Shown here one piece after another: positions 1 through 9,803 of a stretch of 64,000 bases of DNA. Each line of letters begins with the position of its first letter. Positions within the stretch are counted from its first letter, which is position 1. The stretch comes from Armatimonadota bacterium. GTDB taxonomy: Bacteria > Armatimonadota > SYMT01. The translations under genes were made by a program, and so were the position numbers. The notes under the pieces were generated by a model. It did no database searches. It had not been told where the DNA came from and worked only from the letters and a program-made list of their open reading frames with translations. Where the stretch lies: the NCBI GenBank assembly GCA_041690135.1, contig JAWLHY010000002.1:320001-384000 (forward strand). Reading direction: 5' to 3'.

Positions 1-20
1 ATCCGCAAGCTCCTCTCTGC

Positions 21-1265
21 CTACTCGGGAAAGACGCGGGACGTGGCGGGGTCGTTACCTGTCGCTCTCGCATTTGATGCTCCTGGAGCGCGAAGCCAGG
101 CCGGAAGGGGCGGCGCCTGTGCGGACGCGGCATAGCGCAGGCGCTGGAGCACCGCAAAGATCAGGGAGTTCGTCTCCGGTTCGTCCGGTCCCGTGGGGAG
201 GCGAACCTCGCGGCCGGAAGAGGATGCGAGGCACAGCATCGCGCCCTCGGCGTCCTCCCGGGAGCCCCACCGTGCAGAACAGATGGAGTCCCAGTCGATG
301 GCGAACGGTCCCTGGCAAGTCTGCCCTTCCAGTCCGTGCTCGGTTATCCGGCAGTGAAAGGCCTGGCGGCGGAAGTTCTCCCAGTGAGCCCGCAAGCTGC
401 GGAGGAGCCCAGAGCAATGAAAGAGAACCCCGGGCACGAGGAACTTCCACCCCAATGTGTGGGAAGGCGGTTCCAGCATAGAAACCACCAACAGCAGTAT
501 CCAGAGGGGCAGGAAGCCGGCGATCACCAGGGCGGAACGCTGGTAGCTCCGCGCGGACGGGGCGGGAAGGACCCGAGCGGGAGGCGCGGCCATCGGGGGA
601 AGGGTGTCCCACACGCTTTCGTGCTCCGGTTGGAGCGCAAGGACCTCGTGTCGGCCATACCGGCGCAACTGTTGCCACACGGCGCTGGTGAGTGGGGTGC
701 CGGTGCCATGGGCGGCCGCCCGGTCGGGGAACGAGATCCGGCCCTCCGGACCCTCCAGGCGATACTCCCACAGCGTGGCCACTCCGCGGACCGTGGTCAC
801 CGTCCGCAACTCGGACCAGCGGAGCCTTCGCCGGAAGAACAGACCTCGGGCTTCGATCCCCTCTGCGTCCAGCTTCCACCGGTAGGGGGCTCGTGCCTGG
901 CGAGCCAATACGCACAGGGCCAGCAAGGCAACCAAAGAAAGCAGGAGCGGGGGCCAGAAGGAGACGCCGGGGAACTCCGCTGCGCCGCTGGAAGTCAGGC
1001 GGCTCCAGAGCCACCAGGCGGGGAGAGCCGCAAGAGTCACCGCGAAGTAGGCCGGCAAGCGCAGGGTCACGCCCCAGACCGGATCGGTCGCGGTGAGGGT
1101 TTCCAGGGCGGGGAGATCCGCGCGCTGTTCCGGCGGTACGGCCCGGCTAAGAAACTCAGCTGGCGGGTCGTCGGTAGTAACAATGGGTTGGCGCTGTGTA
1201 CCTCTCAGCGTCCCCGTTTCTCCCGCCGGATGATCGATCTCGAGTTCCGTCCGAATGGAGCCCAT
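21..1265 (-). CDS. Membrane protein with two bacterial PH-like modules (paralog of 2666-3820)
   Basis: ORF 21..1817 trimmed to ATG at 1265 (MGSIRTE). Two TM hairpins, each followed by a 'D.EGIE.....R..L.W' PH-like segment. Shares long motifs with 2666-3820. Confidence 0.7.
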   Translation of the reverse strand: MGSIRTELEIDHPAGETGTLRGTQRQPIVTTDDPPAEFLSRAVPPEQRADLPALETLTATDPVWGVTLRLPAYFAVTLAALPAWWLWSRLTSSGAAEFPGVSFWPPLLLSLVALLALCVLARQARAPYRWKLDAEGIEARGLFFRRRLRWSELRTVTTVRGVATLWEYRLEGPEGRISFPDRAAAHGTGTPLTSAVWQQLRRYGRHEVLALQPEHESVWDTLPPMAAPPARVLPAPSARSYQRSALVIAGFLPLWILLLVVSMLEPPSHTLGWKFLVPGVLFHCSGLLRSLRAHWENFRRQAFHCRITEHGLEGQTCQGPFAIDWDSICSARWGSREDAEGAMLCLASSSGREVRLPTGPDEPETNSLIFAVLQRLRYAASAQAPPLPAWLRAPGASNARATGNDPATSRVFPE

Positions 1266-1428
1266 GCAGCTTCTCCGGGTGCGGCGTTCCGCATGCCGCG
1301 CGGATGGGGGCGCTCTGCAGTTCCCCAACCAGGTATTCGGATAAGCTTTGTCGGTAACCTGCATGGAAGGGATGGCGGCCGCCGGCGAAGGGGTCGGTCC
1401 CGCCCGCGAACAGCAACCCAGGAGCAGT

Positions 1429-2508
1429 ATGAAGCACGCAATCCTCCGTGGGGGCATGGTGGCCCTCGCCCTGAGCCTCTCCGTGGCGGCCGGCGCCGGT
1501 GAAAAGCGCTGGAAGATCCACGATCTCTCCCGCCCGAAGCCCCCGGTGGTGACGCCGCCGGCCCAGAACCTTCCCACGCCCGTGCCGCCGGACGCCGTCG
1601 TGCTCTTCGACGGAAAGAACCTGTCGGAGTTTGCCTCGCTTGCCGGCGGGCCCGCGAAATGGACGGTGAAGGACGGCGCCCTGATTGTGGCGCCCGGTAC
1701 GGGCCACATCGTGACGAAGCGGGCCTTCGGCGACGTGCAAGTCCACCTGGAGTGGGCCTCCCCGAACCCGGCAACCGGCAGGAGCCAGGGCCGCGGGAAC
1801 AGCGGCATCCACCTCATGGGCCTCTACGAGGTGCAGATCCTCGACTCGTATCAGGCCGACACCTATGCGGACGGCCAGGCCGCCGCGCTGTATGGCCAAT
1901 TTCCGCCGCTGGTCAACGCCTGCCGCCCGCCCGGGGAATGGCAGAGCTACGACATCGTGTTCCGGCGTCCGCGCTTCGATGCCCGGGGCAAGCTCCTGAA
2001 GCCGGCCCGCGTAACGGTCATCCACAACGGCGTGCTGGTCCAGGACAACGTGGAGCTGCTCGGCCCCACGATCTGGCTGCACTATCGCCCATACAAGGCC
2101 CATGCGGACAAGCTGCCGTTCTCCCTCCAGGAACACGGTAACCCGGTCCGGTACCGCAACATCTGGGTGCGGGAGCTCGGGGAACCCGCGAAGTTCGAGG
2201 GTGGCGGTCCTGAAACGGCTCCGAAGAGCACCGTGGCGGTCGGCGATCTGAAGCGGTTCGTAGGCACCTACAAGGCCCAACTGGGACAGAAGCTGGAAGA
2301 TGTCACGGTGACGCTCAAGAAGGGGCGGCTCTTCCTCGGCATCCCCGTGCGGGAGCAGTCGTTCGAGATGATCCCGCTCTCGCCCACGGAGTTCACCCTG
2401 CGGACCACGGACGCGCGGGTGGTGTTCAAGCTGGATACCGCCGGCAAGCCGACCGCCTTCGACTTCGGGGTGGGCGAAGACGTGTCCTTTACCGCGCGAC
2501 GCCCGTAA
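1429..2508 (+). CDS. Secreted DUF1080 (3-keto-disaccharide hydrolase family) protein with C-terminal extension
   Basis: Signal peptide MKHAILRGG...; motifs VLFDGKNL, GNSGI, YEVQILDS, GEWQSYDI, LQEHGNPVRYRNIWVREL. Confidence 0.85.
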   Translation: MKHAILRGGMVALALSLSVAAGAGEKRWKIHDLSRPKPPVVTPPAQNLPTPVPPDAVVLFDGKNLSEFASLAGGPAKWTVKDGALIVAPGTGHIVTKRAFGDVQVHLEWASPNPATGRSQGRGNSGIHLMGLYEVQILDSYQADTYADGQAAALYGQFPPLVNACRPPGEWQSYDIVFRRPRFDARGKLLKPARVTVIHNGVLVQDNVELLGPTIWLHYRPYKAHADKLPFSLQEHGNPVRYRNIWVRELGEPAKFEGGGPETAPKSTVAVGDLKRFVGTYKAQLGQKLEDVTVTLKKGRLFLGIPVREQSFEMIPLSPTEFTLRTTDARVVFKLDTAGKPTAFDFGVGEDVSFTARRP

Positions 2509-2523
2509 CTCACCTTTCGCTTG

Positions 2524-2573
2524 CCGGGAGGAGACAGTGTCCGGTGCCGGTGGCCGGTGTGTCTCCTTCCGGC
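2524..2573. terminator. Hairpin between convergent genes
   Basis: Imperfect inverted repeat GCCGGGAGGAGACA...TGTCTCCTTCCGGC just after the DUF1080 stop. Confidence 0.4.
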
Positions 2574-2665
2574 GGTATTCGCGTTAACCTAAGCGGGGGC
2601 GGCGCCCTGGACACTCTCCTCCCCCGCTCACAAGAGCGTAAGTCACGCGGTCTAGAGCCACGCTA

Positions 2666-3820
2666 CTACGAGCCGGGGTGGCCCCTTCGTACCCAGGGAG
2701 TGCGCTCCTTCGATCCGGCCTCTGACTTGTCGTTGCTGTCCACGCCTTTGCGCAGCCATTGGGGAAGGGTCACGGCATGGGCGGGGTCGCTGTATCGCAG
2801 CCGCGCCAGCATGGCGAACAGGAGTGGAACCGCTCCTCGCTCCTTTTGCCCGACGGGTAACGCAAATACCTGGTGTGGGGCACTGCCGCGGACCACGAGC
2901 AGCGCGCAGTTCTCCGCGGGGGTGCGCCAGTGCACCCGGGTGACTTCGTCCCACTGGAGGTGCACCGGTCCGTTCCTGGTCTCCGCTTCGATGCGGTCGT
3001 CGTGGAGTGTGCAGGACTGGGCGCAGGACCGCAGTCCCCGCCACTGAATCCAGAAAACACCGGCCACAAAGCCGCCGACGCTCAGCGTGAGAAGGAGTGA
3101 ACCCCACCCCTCGCCTAGAACCCAGCCCAGGATGGCCATGAGGATCATCAAAGTGACCACGACGACGCCCGGAACCACGGTGGAAGCCCACAGGGAGCGC
3201 GGGATGGGGCGATCCGTGGACCACCGCGTCACGGTGGCTTCTATCGGGAGTTCGTCCCACACGCTCTCGTCCCACGGCTGCAGCAACCCGTGCCTTCCGC
3301 AGCGCCGCAGGTGCTGCCAGCCCGAGGCGCACAACTGCACCGTGAATAACGCTGCGGGAAATGAAATCGTGCCCTCGGGCCCGGTGAAGTGATACCAGTC
3401 GGTCGCGTCCCGCACCCCGATGACGCGGATGACATCGATTTCCGTCCACCGCAGGCGCCGCCGGTGAAACAGCCCGCGCGCCTCGATACCCTCGGGATCG
3501 GTGCTCCAGGCGAACTCGCCTCGCAGGAGGCGCAGGCCGAGCCAGAGCAGCACGCCACCGATGCCGAGGCCCCCCAGCGCCACGGCCAATCCGACCCGCC
3601 CGAAGGAGCTCGGCTCCGAAGACACCAGCAAGACCATGGGAATGCGCATGAACAGGAAGAGGAGCAGCGCGAGGACAAGTACAATCATGACGGCCAGTGC
3701 CGTCACGCTGCCCCAGGTGCGGACCGTCACCCGCTCCAGCGCGGGGAGATCGGGGCGCTCATCGGGGCGTACACACCGGCTTCGGGGTTCTACCATCGAA
3801 TGCTGCCTATCCAGATTCAT
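2666..3820 (-). CDS. Membrane protein with two bacterial PH-like modules (paralog of 21-1265)
   Basis: 384-aa ORF; EGIEARGLF.RRRLRW.E, GPEG.ISFP and ESVWD.LP blocks shared with 21-1265. Confidence 0.7.
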   Translation of the reverse strand: MNLDRQHSMVEPRSRCVRPDERPDLPALERVTVRTWGSVTALAVMIVLVLALLLFLFMRIPMVLLVSSEPSSFGRVGLAVALGGLGIGGVLLWLGLRLLRGEFAWSTDPEGIEARGLFHRRRLRWTEIDVIRVIGVRDATDWYHFTGPEGTISFPAALFTVQLCASGWQHLRRCGRHGLLQPWDESVWDELPIEATVTRWSTDRPIPRSLWASTVVPGVVVVTLMILMAILGWVLGEGWGSLLLTLSVGGFVAGVFWIQWRGLRSCAQSCTLHDDRIEAETRNGPVHLQWDEVTRVHWRTPAENCALLVVRGSAPHQVFALPVGQKERGAVPLLFAMLARLRYSDPAHAVTLPQWLRKGVDSNDKSEAGSKERTPWVRRGHPGS

Positions 3821-3893
3821 GGCAGCGCCGCAGCGCTACCACCGTAAGTCCGTTAGCAGTGGTCGAAGAGCACCATCCTGGGTTCATGCCTGT

Positions 3894-3945
3894 AAGTCCG
3901 CGGAGGCGGACTTCGTGTCTTTCCAGCTTGCGACTTTAGTCGCCC
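3894..3945. repeat. REP-like palindrome pair
   Basis: AAGTCCGCGGAGGCGGACTT palindrome followed by GCGACTTTAGTCGC; same layout as units in 32100-32800. Confidence 0.5.
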
Positions 3946-3962
3946 CGCCAGACCAGCAGGGT

Positions 3963-4703
3963 TCAATCGTTCCCACCGAAGATGCGGCCGATGTCCCCAA
4001 TGGTACCGCCCAGGCCGCCCATGCTGCTGCTGCCTTCCGTGGTCGTGCCCATAATCCGGCCGGCGAGGCGGGAGAATGGCAGGGTCTGGAGGATCGCCCG
4101 GCCGGGGCCGCGCAGCACCGCCATGAAGAGCCCCTCGCCGCCGAACAGCGTGTTCTTGAAACCGCCCACGAACTGGATGTCGTAGGACACGGTCTCCTCG
4201 AACGCGACGATACAGCCCGTATCGACCCGCAGCGATTCGTGTGGCTGGAGGTTGAACTCCACGAAGTTGCCGCCGCCGTGGATGAACACGTTCCCGAACC
4301 CGTTGAGGCGCTGGAGGATGAAGCCTTCACCGCCGAAGAATCCTGCCCCCAGCTTCTTGGTGAAGGCGATGTTCATTTCCACCTGGGCGGTGGAGAACAG
4401 GAACGACTCCCGTTGGCACAGCCAGGCACGTCCCTGGAGATCGATTTGGCGGACCTGGCCCGGGTAGGGCGCGGCGAACGCCACCATCCCCGAGGGCCCC
4501 TGGCAGCGGAAATAGGGAATGAACAGGCTTTCGCCCGTCAGCATGCGCTTGAGACCGCCGAACAGGCCGCCCTGCATCTGGGTGTCCATCTGGATGGCGT
4601 CCGACATAAAAAGCATTGCGCCGGCCTCGGCCCGGACCTCCTCCCCCTGCTGCATGTTGACGACGACCGCCTGCATCACGTCGCCCATCACCTGGAACTG
4701 CAT
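3963..4703 (-). CDS. TIGR00266 / AIM24 family protein
   Basis: ATG at 4703 (MQFQVMGD); motifs AEAGAM, GESLF, GFFGGEGFILQRL, VDTGCIVAF, FGGEGLF, QTLPFSRLA. Confidence 0.9.
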   Translation of the reverse strand: MQFQVMGDVMQAVVVNMQQGEEVRAEAGAMLFMSDAIQMDTQMQGGLFGGLKRMLTGESLFIPYFRCQGPSGMVAFAAPYPGQVRQIDLQGRAWLCQRESFLFSTAQVEMNIAFTKKLGAGFFGGEGFILQRLNGFGNVFIHGGGNFVEFNLQPHESLRVDTGCIVAFEETVSYDIQFVGGFKNTLFGGEGLFMAVLRGPGRAILQTLPFSRLAGRIMGTTTEGSSSMGGLGGTIGDIGRIFGGND

Positions 4704-4884
4704 CGTGCCTTTGCCTCCCTTGGGTTCCTCGCGGGGATCCTGACCCCCACCCTCACTAACGGTGTTTCGAGCGTGGAAGTTGCGCTCCCTGCTGCCCGGA
4801 ACCCGGTGGGTGATTTGACGCGAGGGTTCGTAGTTCGTGACGGGGGCGGTGGTCCAACCAATGCGACGGTTGTTCGCCTGGGAT

Positions 4885-5095
4885 CTCCCGGAATGCAACA
4901 CAGGTGCGGGGGCATGATCCTGGTCAGCTACGGGGGTGCGGTACGGGTGCGGGGGAAGCATCCTGGTCGGGGACGGCCCTATGCTCCGCCGGGTGTACGA
5001 CCACGACCCTACCGTCTGCACTGCGGCTACCGGAATGCATAACGGGTGCGCAGGCATGATCCTGGTCGGCGACTGCGGGCCGGCCCTACGCACGC
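4885..5095. repeat. Cluster of three REP-like units (GGTGCGGGGGCATGATCCTGGTC...CCCTAC), one carrying a 21-nt insert
   Basis: CATGATCCTGGTC/CATCCTGGTC repeated at about 4913, 4959 and 5056; same unit again at 32935-33015. Confidence 0.75.
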
Positions 5096-5275
5096 ACAGT
5101 CGCGTGGTGCATGGGCATGGTGATTGTCACGCGGCAGTTGCTTACCTGCAACCGACCCTATCGGCCAACCGTGAAGTCGACTTGGTGGAGGTAGGGGAAC
5201 GGTCGCAGTCCCTTCCCCAGAGCATGGTTTCGCACCCGTCGGCCCACCATGCAGCGCCACCAGTGGACACGCGAC

Positions 5276-5322
5276 CCTCCTTATCTTAATCGTAATCCGT
5301 ATCCTAATCGGCCGCAGGCCCC
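5276..5322. repeat. Dispersed ~47-bp repeat, copy 1 (hexamer-like TAATCG run + GGCCGCAGGCCCC)
   Basis: Near-identical to 19543-19589. Confidence 0.7.
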
Positions 5323-5344
5323 TTCAACCTGGAACTTTCAACGT

Positions 5345-5737
5345 TCAACTCATCTCCCGGCAGAAGAGGCCGACGAGTTGGAGGAGCAGCCTGGAGTTAA
5401 AGGGTTTATCCAGGTAGGCCACGGCGCGCAAGGAGTTGCCGACCTGTTCCTCGCGAGAAACGGCGCTGGTGACGATGATGGGAACGCCGGCCAGGCGGGA
5501 ATCGGCGCGCTGTTCCCGGCGGAAGGCCCAGCCGTCCATGCGGGGCATCATCAGGTCCAGCAGGATCACGCCGGGGAGCGGGTTCGTGCGGAGATACCGG
5601 AGGGCGTCCTCCCCGTCGGTGGCCGTGGCGGTGGGATACCCGGCCAGGCCGAGAATCTCCACGATCAACCCACGGATCGCTTCGTCGTCGTCCACGATCA
5701 AGACGGTCCTTACTCCGTCCGCCGGCGCCGCGTCCAT
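5345..5737 (-). CDS. Single-domain response regulator (CheY-like)
   Basis: VLIVDDD, ILLDLMMPRMDGW, YLDKPF; GGAGG RBS before ATG 5737. Confidence 0.9.
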   Translation of the reverse strand: MDAAPADGVRTVLIVDDDEAIRGLIVEILGLAGYPTATATDGEDALRYLRTNPLPGVILLDLMMPRMDGWAFRREQRADSRLAGVPIIVTSAVSREEQVGNSLRAVAYLDKPFNSRLLLQLVGLFCREMS

Positions 5738-5980
5738 AACACCTCCGTTGCTTCCGTTAATCGTTAACGTCGCTCCCAACGAAGTTTAACCACGCACGGA
5801 GGCTCAAGCAACCGGTCATTGAATCAGACCATGTCCCTGCCTGCTCGTTGACAGGTTCGGCAAGATCATCGATCATCTGGGAAGACCCCGGTCTGATACG
5901 ATATAACGTGCCGCCGCCTCGATCGGAGTCAGGATCGAACGCGAACGCAGGCCGGACGAGCAGGAAGAGACCGTAGCAAG

Positions 5981-7369
5981 ATGAAGCCTTTCAATAGTTG
6001 GTTCGAGTGCACCAATCCCGAGTGCGGAAAGCGCTATCCGCTGAACGAGGTGATCTATAAGTGCCCGGACTGCAGCACCGGCGACAAGCGCAGCGGGCTC
6101 CTGCGGGTGCGGCACGATATGGACGCGCTGCGGCAGCGCTCGGCAGAAGAGTGGAAGGCGCTTTTTGAAAGCCGCTGGGCGCATACCAAGTGGCCTTACG
6201 GGAGCGGCGTTTGGGGCAAGAAGGAGTGGGTTTGCCCGGTCGTGGACGATGAGAACATCGTCAGCGCCTACGAGGGCGGTACCAACCTCTTCTGGGCCAA
6301 CCGGTTTGGGCAGGAAGTCGGCCTGGACGACCTCTGGGTGAAGCTGTGCGGCAACAGCCACAGCGGCTCGTTCAAGGACCTGGGGATGACCGTCCTCGTC
6401 AGCATGGTCAAGCAGATGATCAGCGAGGGCAAGCCGATCAAAGCCGTGGCCTGCGCCTCCACCGGGGACACCTCGGCCGCGCTGGCGATGTACTGTGCTG
6501 CTTCCGGTATTCCGGCCATCGTGCTGCTGCCTCGCTCCAAGGTCAGCATCCCGCAGCTCATCCAACCGATCGCCAACGGCGCCCTCACCATTGCGCTTGA
6601 TACGGACTTCGATGGCTGCATGGCGCTGGTTGCCGACCTGTGCCAGAAGGAGAATATCTACCTGGCCAACTCCATGAACTCGCTGCGGCTGGAAGGGCAG
6701 AAGACGATTGCCCTGGAGATCCTGCAGCAGTTCGACTGGCAGCCGGTCGACGTGGTGGTGGTGCCGGTCGGGAACTGCGGGAACATCTCCGCCATCGGCC
6801 AGGGTTTCCTGATGATGAAGGAGCTCGGCCTGATCGACCGCATTCCCCGCCTCGTCGGGGCGCAGACCGTCAAGGCCAACCCGCTTGCCGAGCTCTACCG
6901 CCGGGGTTACCCGGACGAGCCTTTCCGGCCGATGCAGGCGCAGGACACCCTGGCCAACGCCATCCGGATCGGCGACCCGGTCAACCTGTACAAGGCCATC
7001 GAGATCCTCAAGCAGATGCCGGGCCACTCCATCATCGATGTCACCGAGGACGAGCTAGCGCACGCTTCCGCCTGGGCGGACCGCGGTGGTCTCTTCACCT
7101 GCCCCCACACCGGCGTGGCCCTGGCCGCCATGCTCAAGCTGGTAAAGCAGGGCGAGATCAAGCGGAGCGACCGGGTGGTGGTTATCAGCACCGCCAACGG
7201 CCTTAAGTTCCCGCAGTTCAAGATCGCCTACCACGCCCCCGAGTCGTCGCAAGAGGTGGAGGAGACCCCGACCCTGGCCGAGGTCACCCCGCGCCTGCGG
7301 AACTCTCCGGTCTACCTCCCCGCCAACCTGGATACGGTACGCGCCACAATTGACCAGCGGCTGGGATAA
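5981..7369 (+). CDS. thrC: Threonine synthase (plant-type, long N-terminus)
   Basis: [11 protein letters not shown]-lysine motif, [25 protein letters not shown]; [14 protein letters not shown]. Confidence 0.9.
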   Translation: MKPFNSWFECTNPECGKRYPLNEVIYKCPDCSTGDKRSGLLRVRHDMDALRQRSAEEWKALFESRWAHTKWPYGSGVWGKKEWVCPVVDDENIVSAYEGGTNLFWANRFGQEVGLDDLWVKLCGNSHSGSFKDLGMTVLVSMVKQMISEGKPIKAVACASTGDTSAALAMYCAASGIPAIVLLPRSKVSIPQLIQPIANGALTIALDTDFDGCMALVADLCQKENIYLANSMNSLRLEGQKTIALEILQQFDWQPVDVVVVPVGNCGNISAIGQGFLMMKELGLIDRIPRLVGAQTVKANPLAELYRRGYPDEPFRPMQAQDTLANAIRIGDPVNLYKAIEILKQMPGHSIIDVTEDELAHASAWADRGGLFTCPHTGVALAAMLKLVKQGEIKRSDRVVVISTANGLKFPQFKIAYHAPESSQEVEETPTLAEVTPRLRNSPVYLPANLDTVRATIDQRLG

Positions 7370-7447
7370 CGGTTTCAGCTTTCTCCATCTCGGGCAACCG
7401 TGTAGCAACCCGGACGCAGGTCCGGGTCACAGGGAGGAAGCGAAGCC

Positions 7448-8725
7448 ATGGCCGACTATCCCCGTCTGGCGCCCGTGTGCCAGCGGCTCTATTCCAGCCC
7501 CATCGATGATCTTCCGGCGGCGGTCCGGTGCGCACTCGCCGACGCTATTCCTCCGGATCGGGTCCGGAAGGGGCAGCGGATCGGCATCACCGCGGGCAGT
7601 CGCGGCATCGCCAATATTGCCCCGATCCTGAAGGCCGCCGTCGATCTCCTGCGGGAGCGCGGAGCCGAGCCGTTTCTCTTTCCCTCCATGGGCAGTCACG
7701 GCGGCGCCACGGCCGAGGGGCAGGCGGACCTGCTGGGCCGCGTCTTCGGCATCAACGAGGAGACCATGGGCTACCCGGTCCTCTCCTCGATGGAGGTCGT
7801 CGAATTGGGCCGCACTCCGGAGCACGACCTTCCCGTCTACGTGGATGAGCACGTCGCGAAAGCCGACGGTATCCTCGTCGTGAACCGCGTCAAGGCCCAC
7901 ACCGACTACCGCGGTCCTCACGAGAGCGGGTTGATGAAGATGATCGCCATCGGAATGGGCAAGCGCGCCCAGGCGGAGACCATCCATGCCCATGGGGTTT
8001 ACGGCCTGCGGGAATTGATCCCCGAGGTGGCGCGCGCGAAGATCCGCATGGCTCCTATCCTCGGCGGCCTGGCCCTGGTGGAGGATGGCTACGACCAGAC
8101 CTCGGAGATCGTGGGCCTCCCGGCGGACCGGATCGAGGCGGAGGAGCCGGCGATCCTGGAGCGGGCCAAGGCCGGCATGGCGCTGCTGCCGTTCGACGAG
8201 CTAGATCTGCTGGTGATCGACCGGATGAGCAAGGAGATCAGCGGTACCGGCATGGACACCAACGTCATCGGCCGGCGCCGGATCAACAACGAGCCGGAGT
8301 GGGAAGTGCCAGCCATCGAGGTGGTGTTCGTCCGCGACCTGGAACAGCACGCCTCCACCAATGCGGTCGGCATCGGCCTGGCCGATCTCACCACCCGGAG
8401 ACTCCGCGAGCGGTTCGACCTGAAGAAGACCCAGGTGAACGGCCTCACCTCCACCTTTGCCCAGCGGCTGATGCTGCCGGTGGTGGCGGAGGACGACCGG
8501 GAGGGCATGGATCACGCCATGTATCTCCTGCGGCGCAAGTCCCCCGACCAGATCCGCATGGTCCGGATCCGCGACACCGCCCACCTCCACCGCCTGCTCG
8601 TCTCCGAGGCGCTGCTGCCGGAGGTCCGGCGGCATGAACGGCTGGAGCAGGAAGGAGAACCGGAGGAGATCCGCTTCGACGCGGAAGGCAAGCTCACCCC
8701 CGACGAAGTCGTGCAGGTCAAGTAA
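7448..8725 (+). CDS. LarA-superfamily (DUF2088/DUF362-type) racemase/epimerase-like protein
   Basis: GSRGI, MGSHGGATAEGQ, NRVKAHT, SGLMKMIAIGMGK, GTGMDTNVIG. Confidence 0.75.
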   Translation: MADYPRLAPVCQRLYSSPIDDLPAAVRCALADAIPPDRVRKGQRIGITAGSRGIANIAPILKAAVDLLRERGAEPFLFPSMGSHGGATAEGQADLLGRVFGINEETMGYPVLSSMEVVELGRTPEHDLPVYVDEHVAKADGILVVNRVKAHTDYRGPHESGLMKMIAIGMGKRAQAETIHAHGVYGLRELIPEVARAKIRMAPILGGLALVEDGYDQTSEIVGLPADRIEAEEPAILERAKAGMALLPFDELDLLVIDRMSKEISGTGMDTNVIGRRRINNEPEWEVPAIEVVFVRDLEQHASTNAVGIGLADLTTRRLRERFDLKKTQVNGLTSTFAQRLMLPVVAEDDREGMDHAMYLLRRKSPDQIRMVRIRDTAHLHRLLVSEALLPEVRRHERLEQEGEPEEIRFDAEGKLTPDEVVQVK

Positions 8726-8740
8726 AGGAGAGGAATCCCC

Positions 8741-9640
8741 ATGGAACCGGAGATCATTGCCGACCACAAGTGCGTCACTGGAGAGGCTCCCCTCTGGCAT
8801 CCCGGTGAAGGACAGCTCTACTGGAGCGACATTCCGGCGGGACGGATGTATCGCTACGATCCGCAGACGGGTCAGCACGAGCAGTTCTACCGGGGCGAGC
8901 CGGTCGGCAGCTTTACCATCCAGGAAGACGGTGGGCTGCTGCTGCTGGGGACAAGAGGCTCGGTGCGGGTCTGGGCGGGCGGCACACTGGTTACCCTGAT
9001 CGAGGAGATTCCGGACGAGCGGGAGACGCGCTTCAACGACGCGATCGCTGATCCGATGGGGCGCGTCTTTGCGGGCACGATGCCGGCGAAGGATCGCTCC
9101 AGTCATCTCTATCGCCTGGAGCCGGATGGCGCGCCGATCCAGGTGCTGGATGGGTTGGGCCAGGCAAATGGGATGGGTTTCTCGCCGGATCGGCGTTTTC
9201 TCTATCTCACCGATACCCGCGAGCGGCGCATCTACCGCTTTGCCTACAATCCCGTAGATGGCGCGCTCACGGACCGCGAGGTCTTCGCCGAAGTGCCGGA
9301 TGCCGAGGGGGAAGGCAAGCCCGACGGCTTGACGGTTGATGCCGACGGCCACGTCTGGTCGGCGCGGTGGGGCGGCGGCTGCGTGGTCCGGTATGCGCCG
9401 GACGGCACGGAAGAGCGGCGGATCGTCCTGCCGACCCTCAAGATCTCCAGCCTGGCCTTCGGCGGTGAGAGCTACCAGGATCTCTACATCACCAGCGCGG
9501 GCGGCGATGACCGGGTGGAGAACGGGCCGCACGCCGGTGCCCTGTTCCGCGTCCGCCCCGGGGTGACGGGCGTGCCGGAGTTCCGGTCGCGCGTTGGCAC
9601 GGCCAATCCGTTAGCTCCGGGTCTCTCCAAAGCGGCATAA
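8741..9640 (+). CDS. SMP-30/gluconolactonase/LRE family protein
   Basis: GEAPLW, RFNDAIADPMGR, NGMGFSPD, PDGLTVDADG, FGGE. Confidence 0.9.
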   Translation: MEPEIIADHKCVTGEAPLWHPGEGQLYWSDIPAGRMYRYDPQTGQHEQFYRGEPVGSFTIQEDGGLLLLGTRGSVRVWAGGTLVTLIEEIPDERETRFNDAIADPMGRVFAGTMPAKDRSSHLYRLEPDGAPIQVLDGLGQANGMGFSPDRRFLYLTDTRERRIYRFAYNPVDGALTDREVFAEVPDAEGEGKPDGLTVDADGHVWSARWGGGCVVRYAPDGTEERRIVLPTLKISSLAFGGESYQDLYITSAGGDDRVENGPHAGALFRVRPGVTGVPEFRSRVGTANPLAPGLSKAA

Positions 9641-9707
9641 CTCGGGTCGCGCGTGAGGCGAAGACCACCAGCCGTGGCCTTGCTTACGGTGCGGTGCCAA
9701 AGAGCGG

Positions 9708-9733
9708 GTTTGTCCGCTTCTCTTGTTGGGGAC
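9708..9733 (+). promoter_or_regulatory. SigB/SigF-like promoter GTTT-N16-GGGGAC upstream of sod
   Basis: Exact 16-nt spacing; 70 bp before the start; motif recurs at other stress genes. Confidence 0.55.
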
Positions 9734-9803
9734 TCTCGGCGCGGGCGCTTCCGTTCAGGTGAGGCGCTCTCCGACGAAAATACCCGATGCGGGAGGAGGA
9801 CTC

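Noticed and set aside
3501-5042. Long alternative ORFs (also 16459-17868, 33134-34714, 46079-47710, 58255-59664)
   Set aside because: Antisense shadows of recognisable genes, expected in high-GC DNA.
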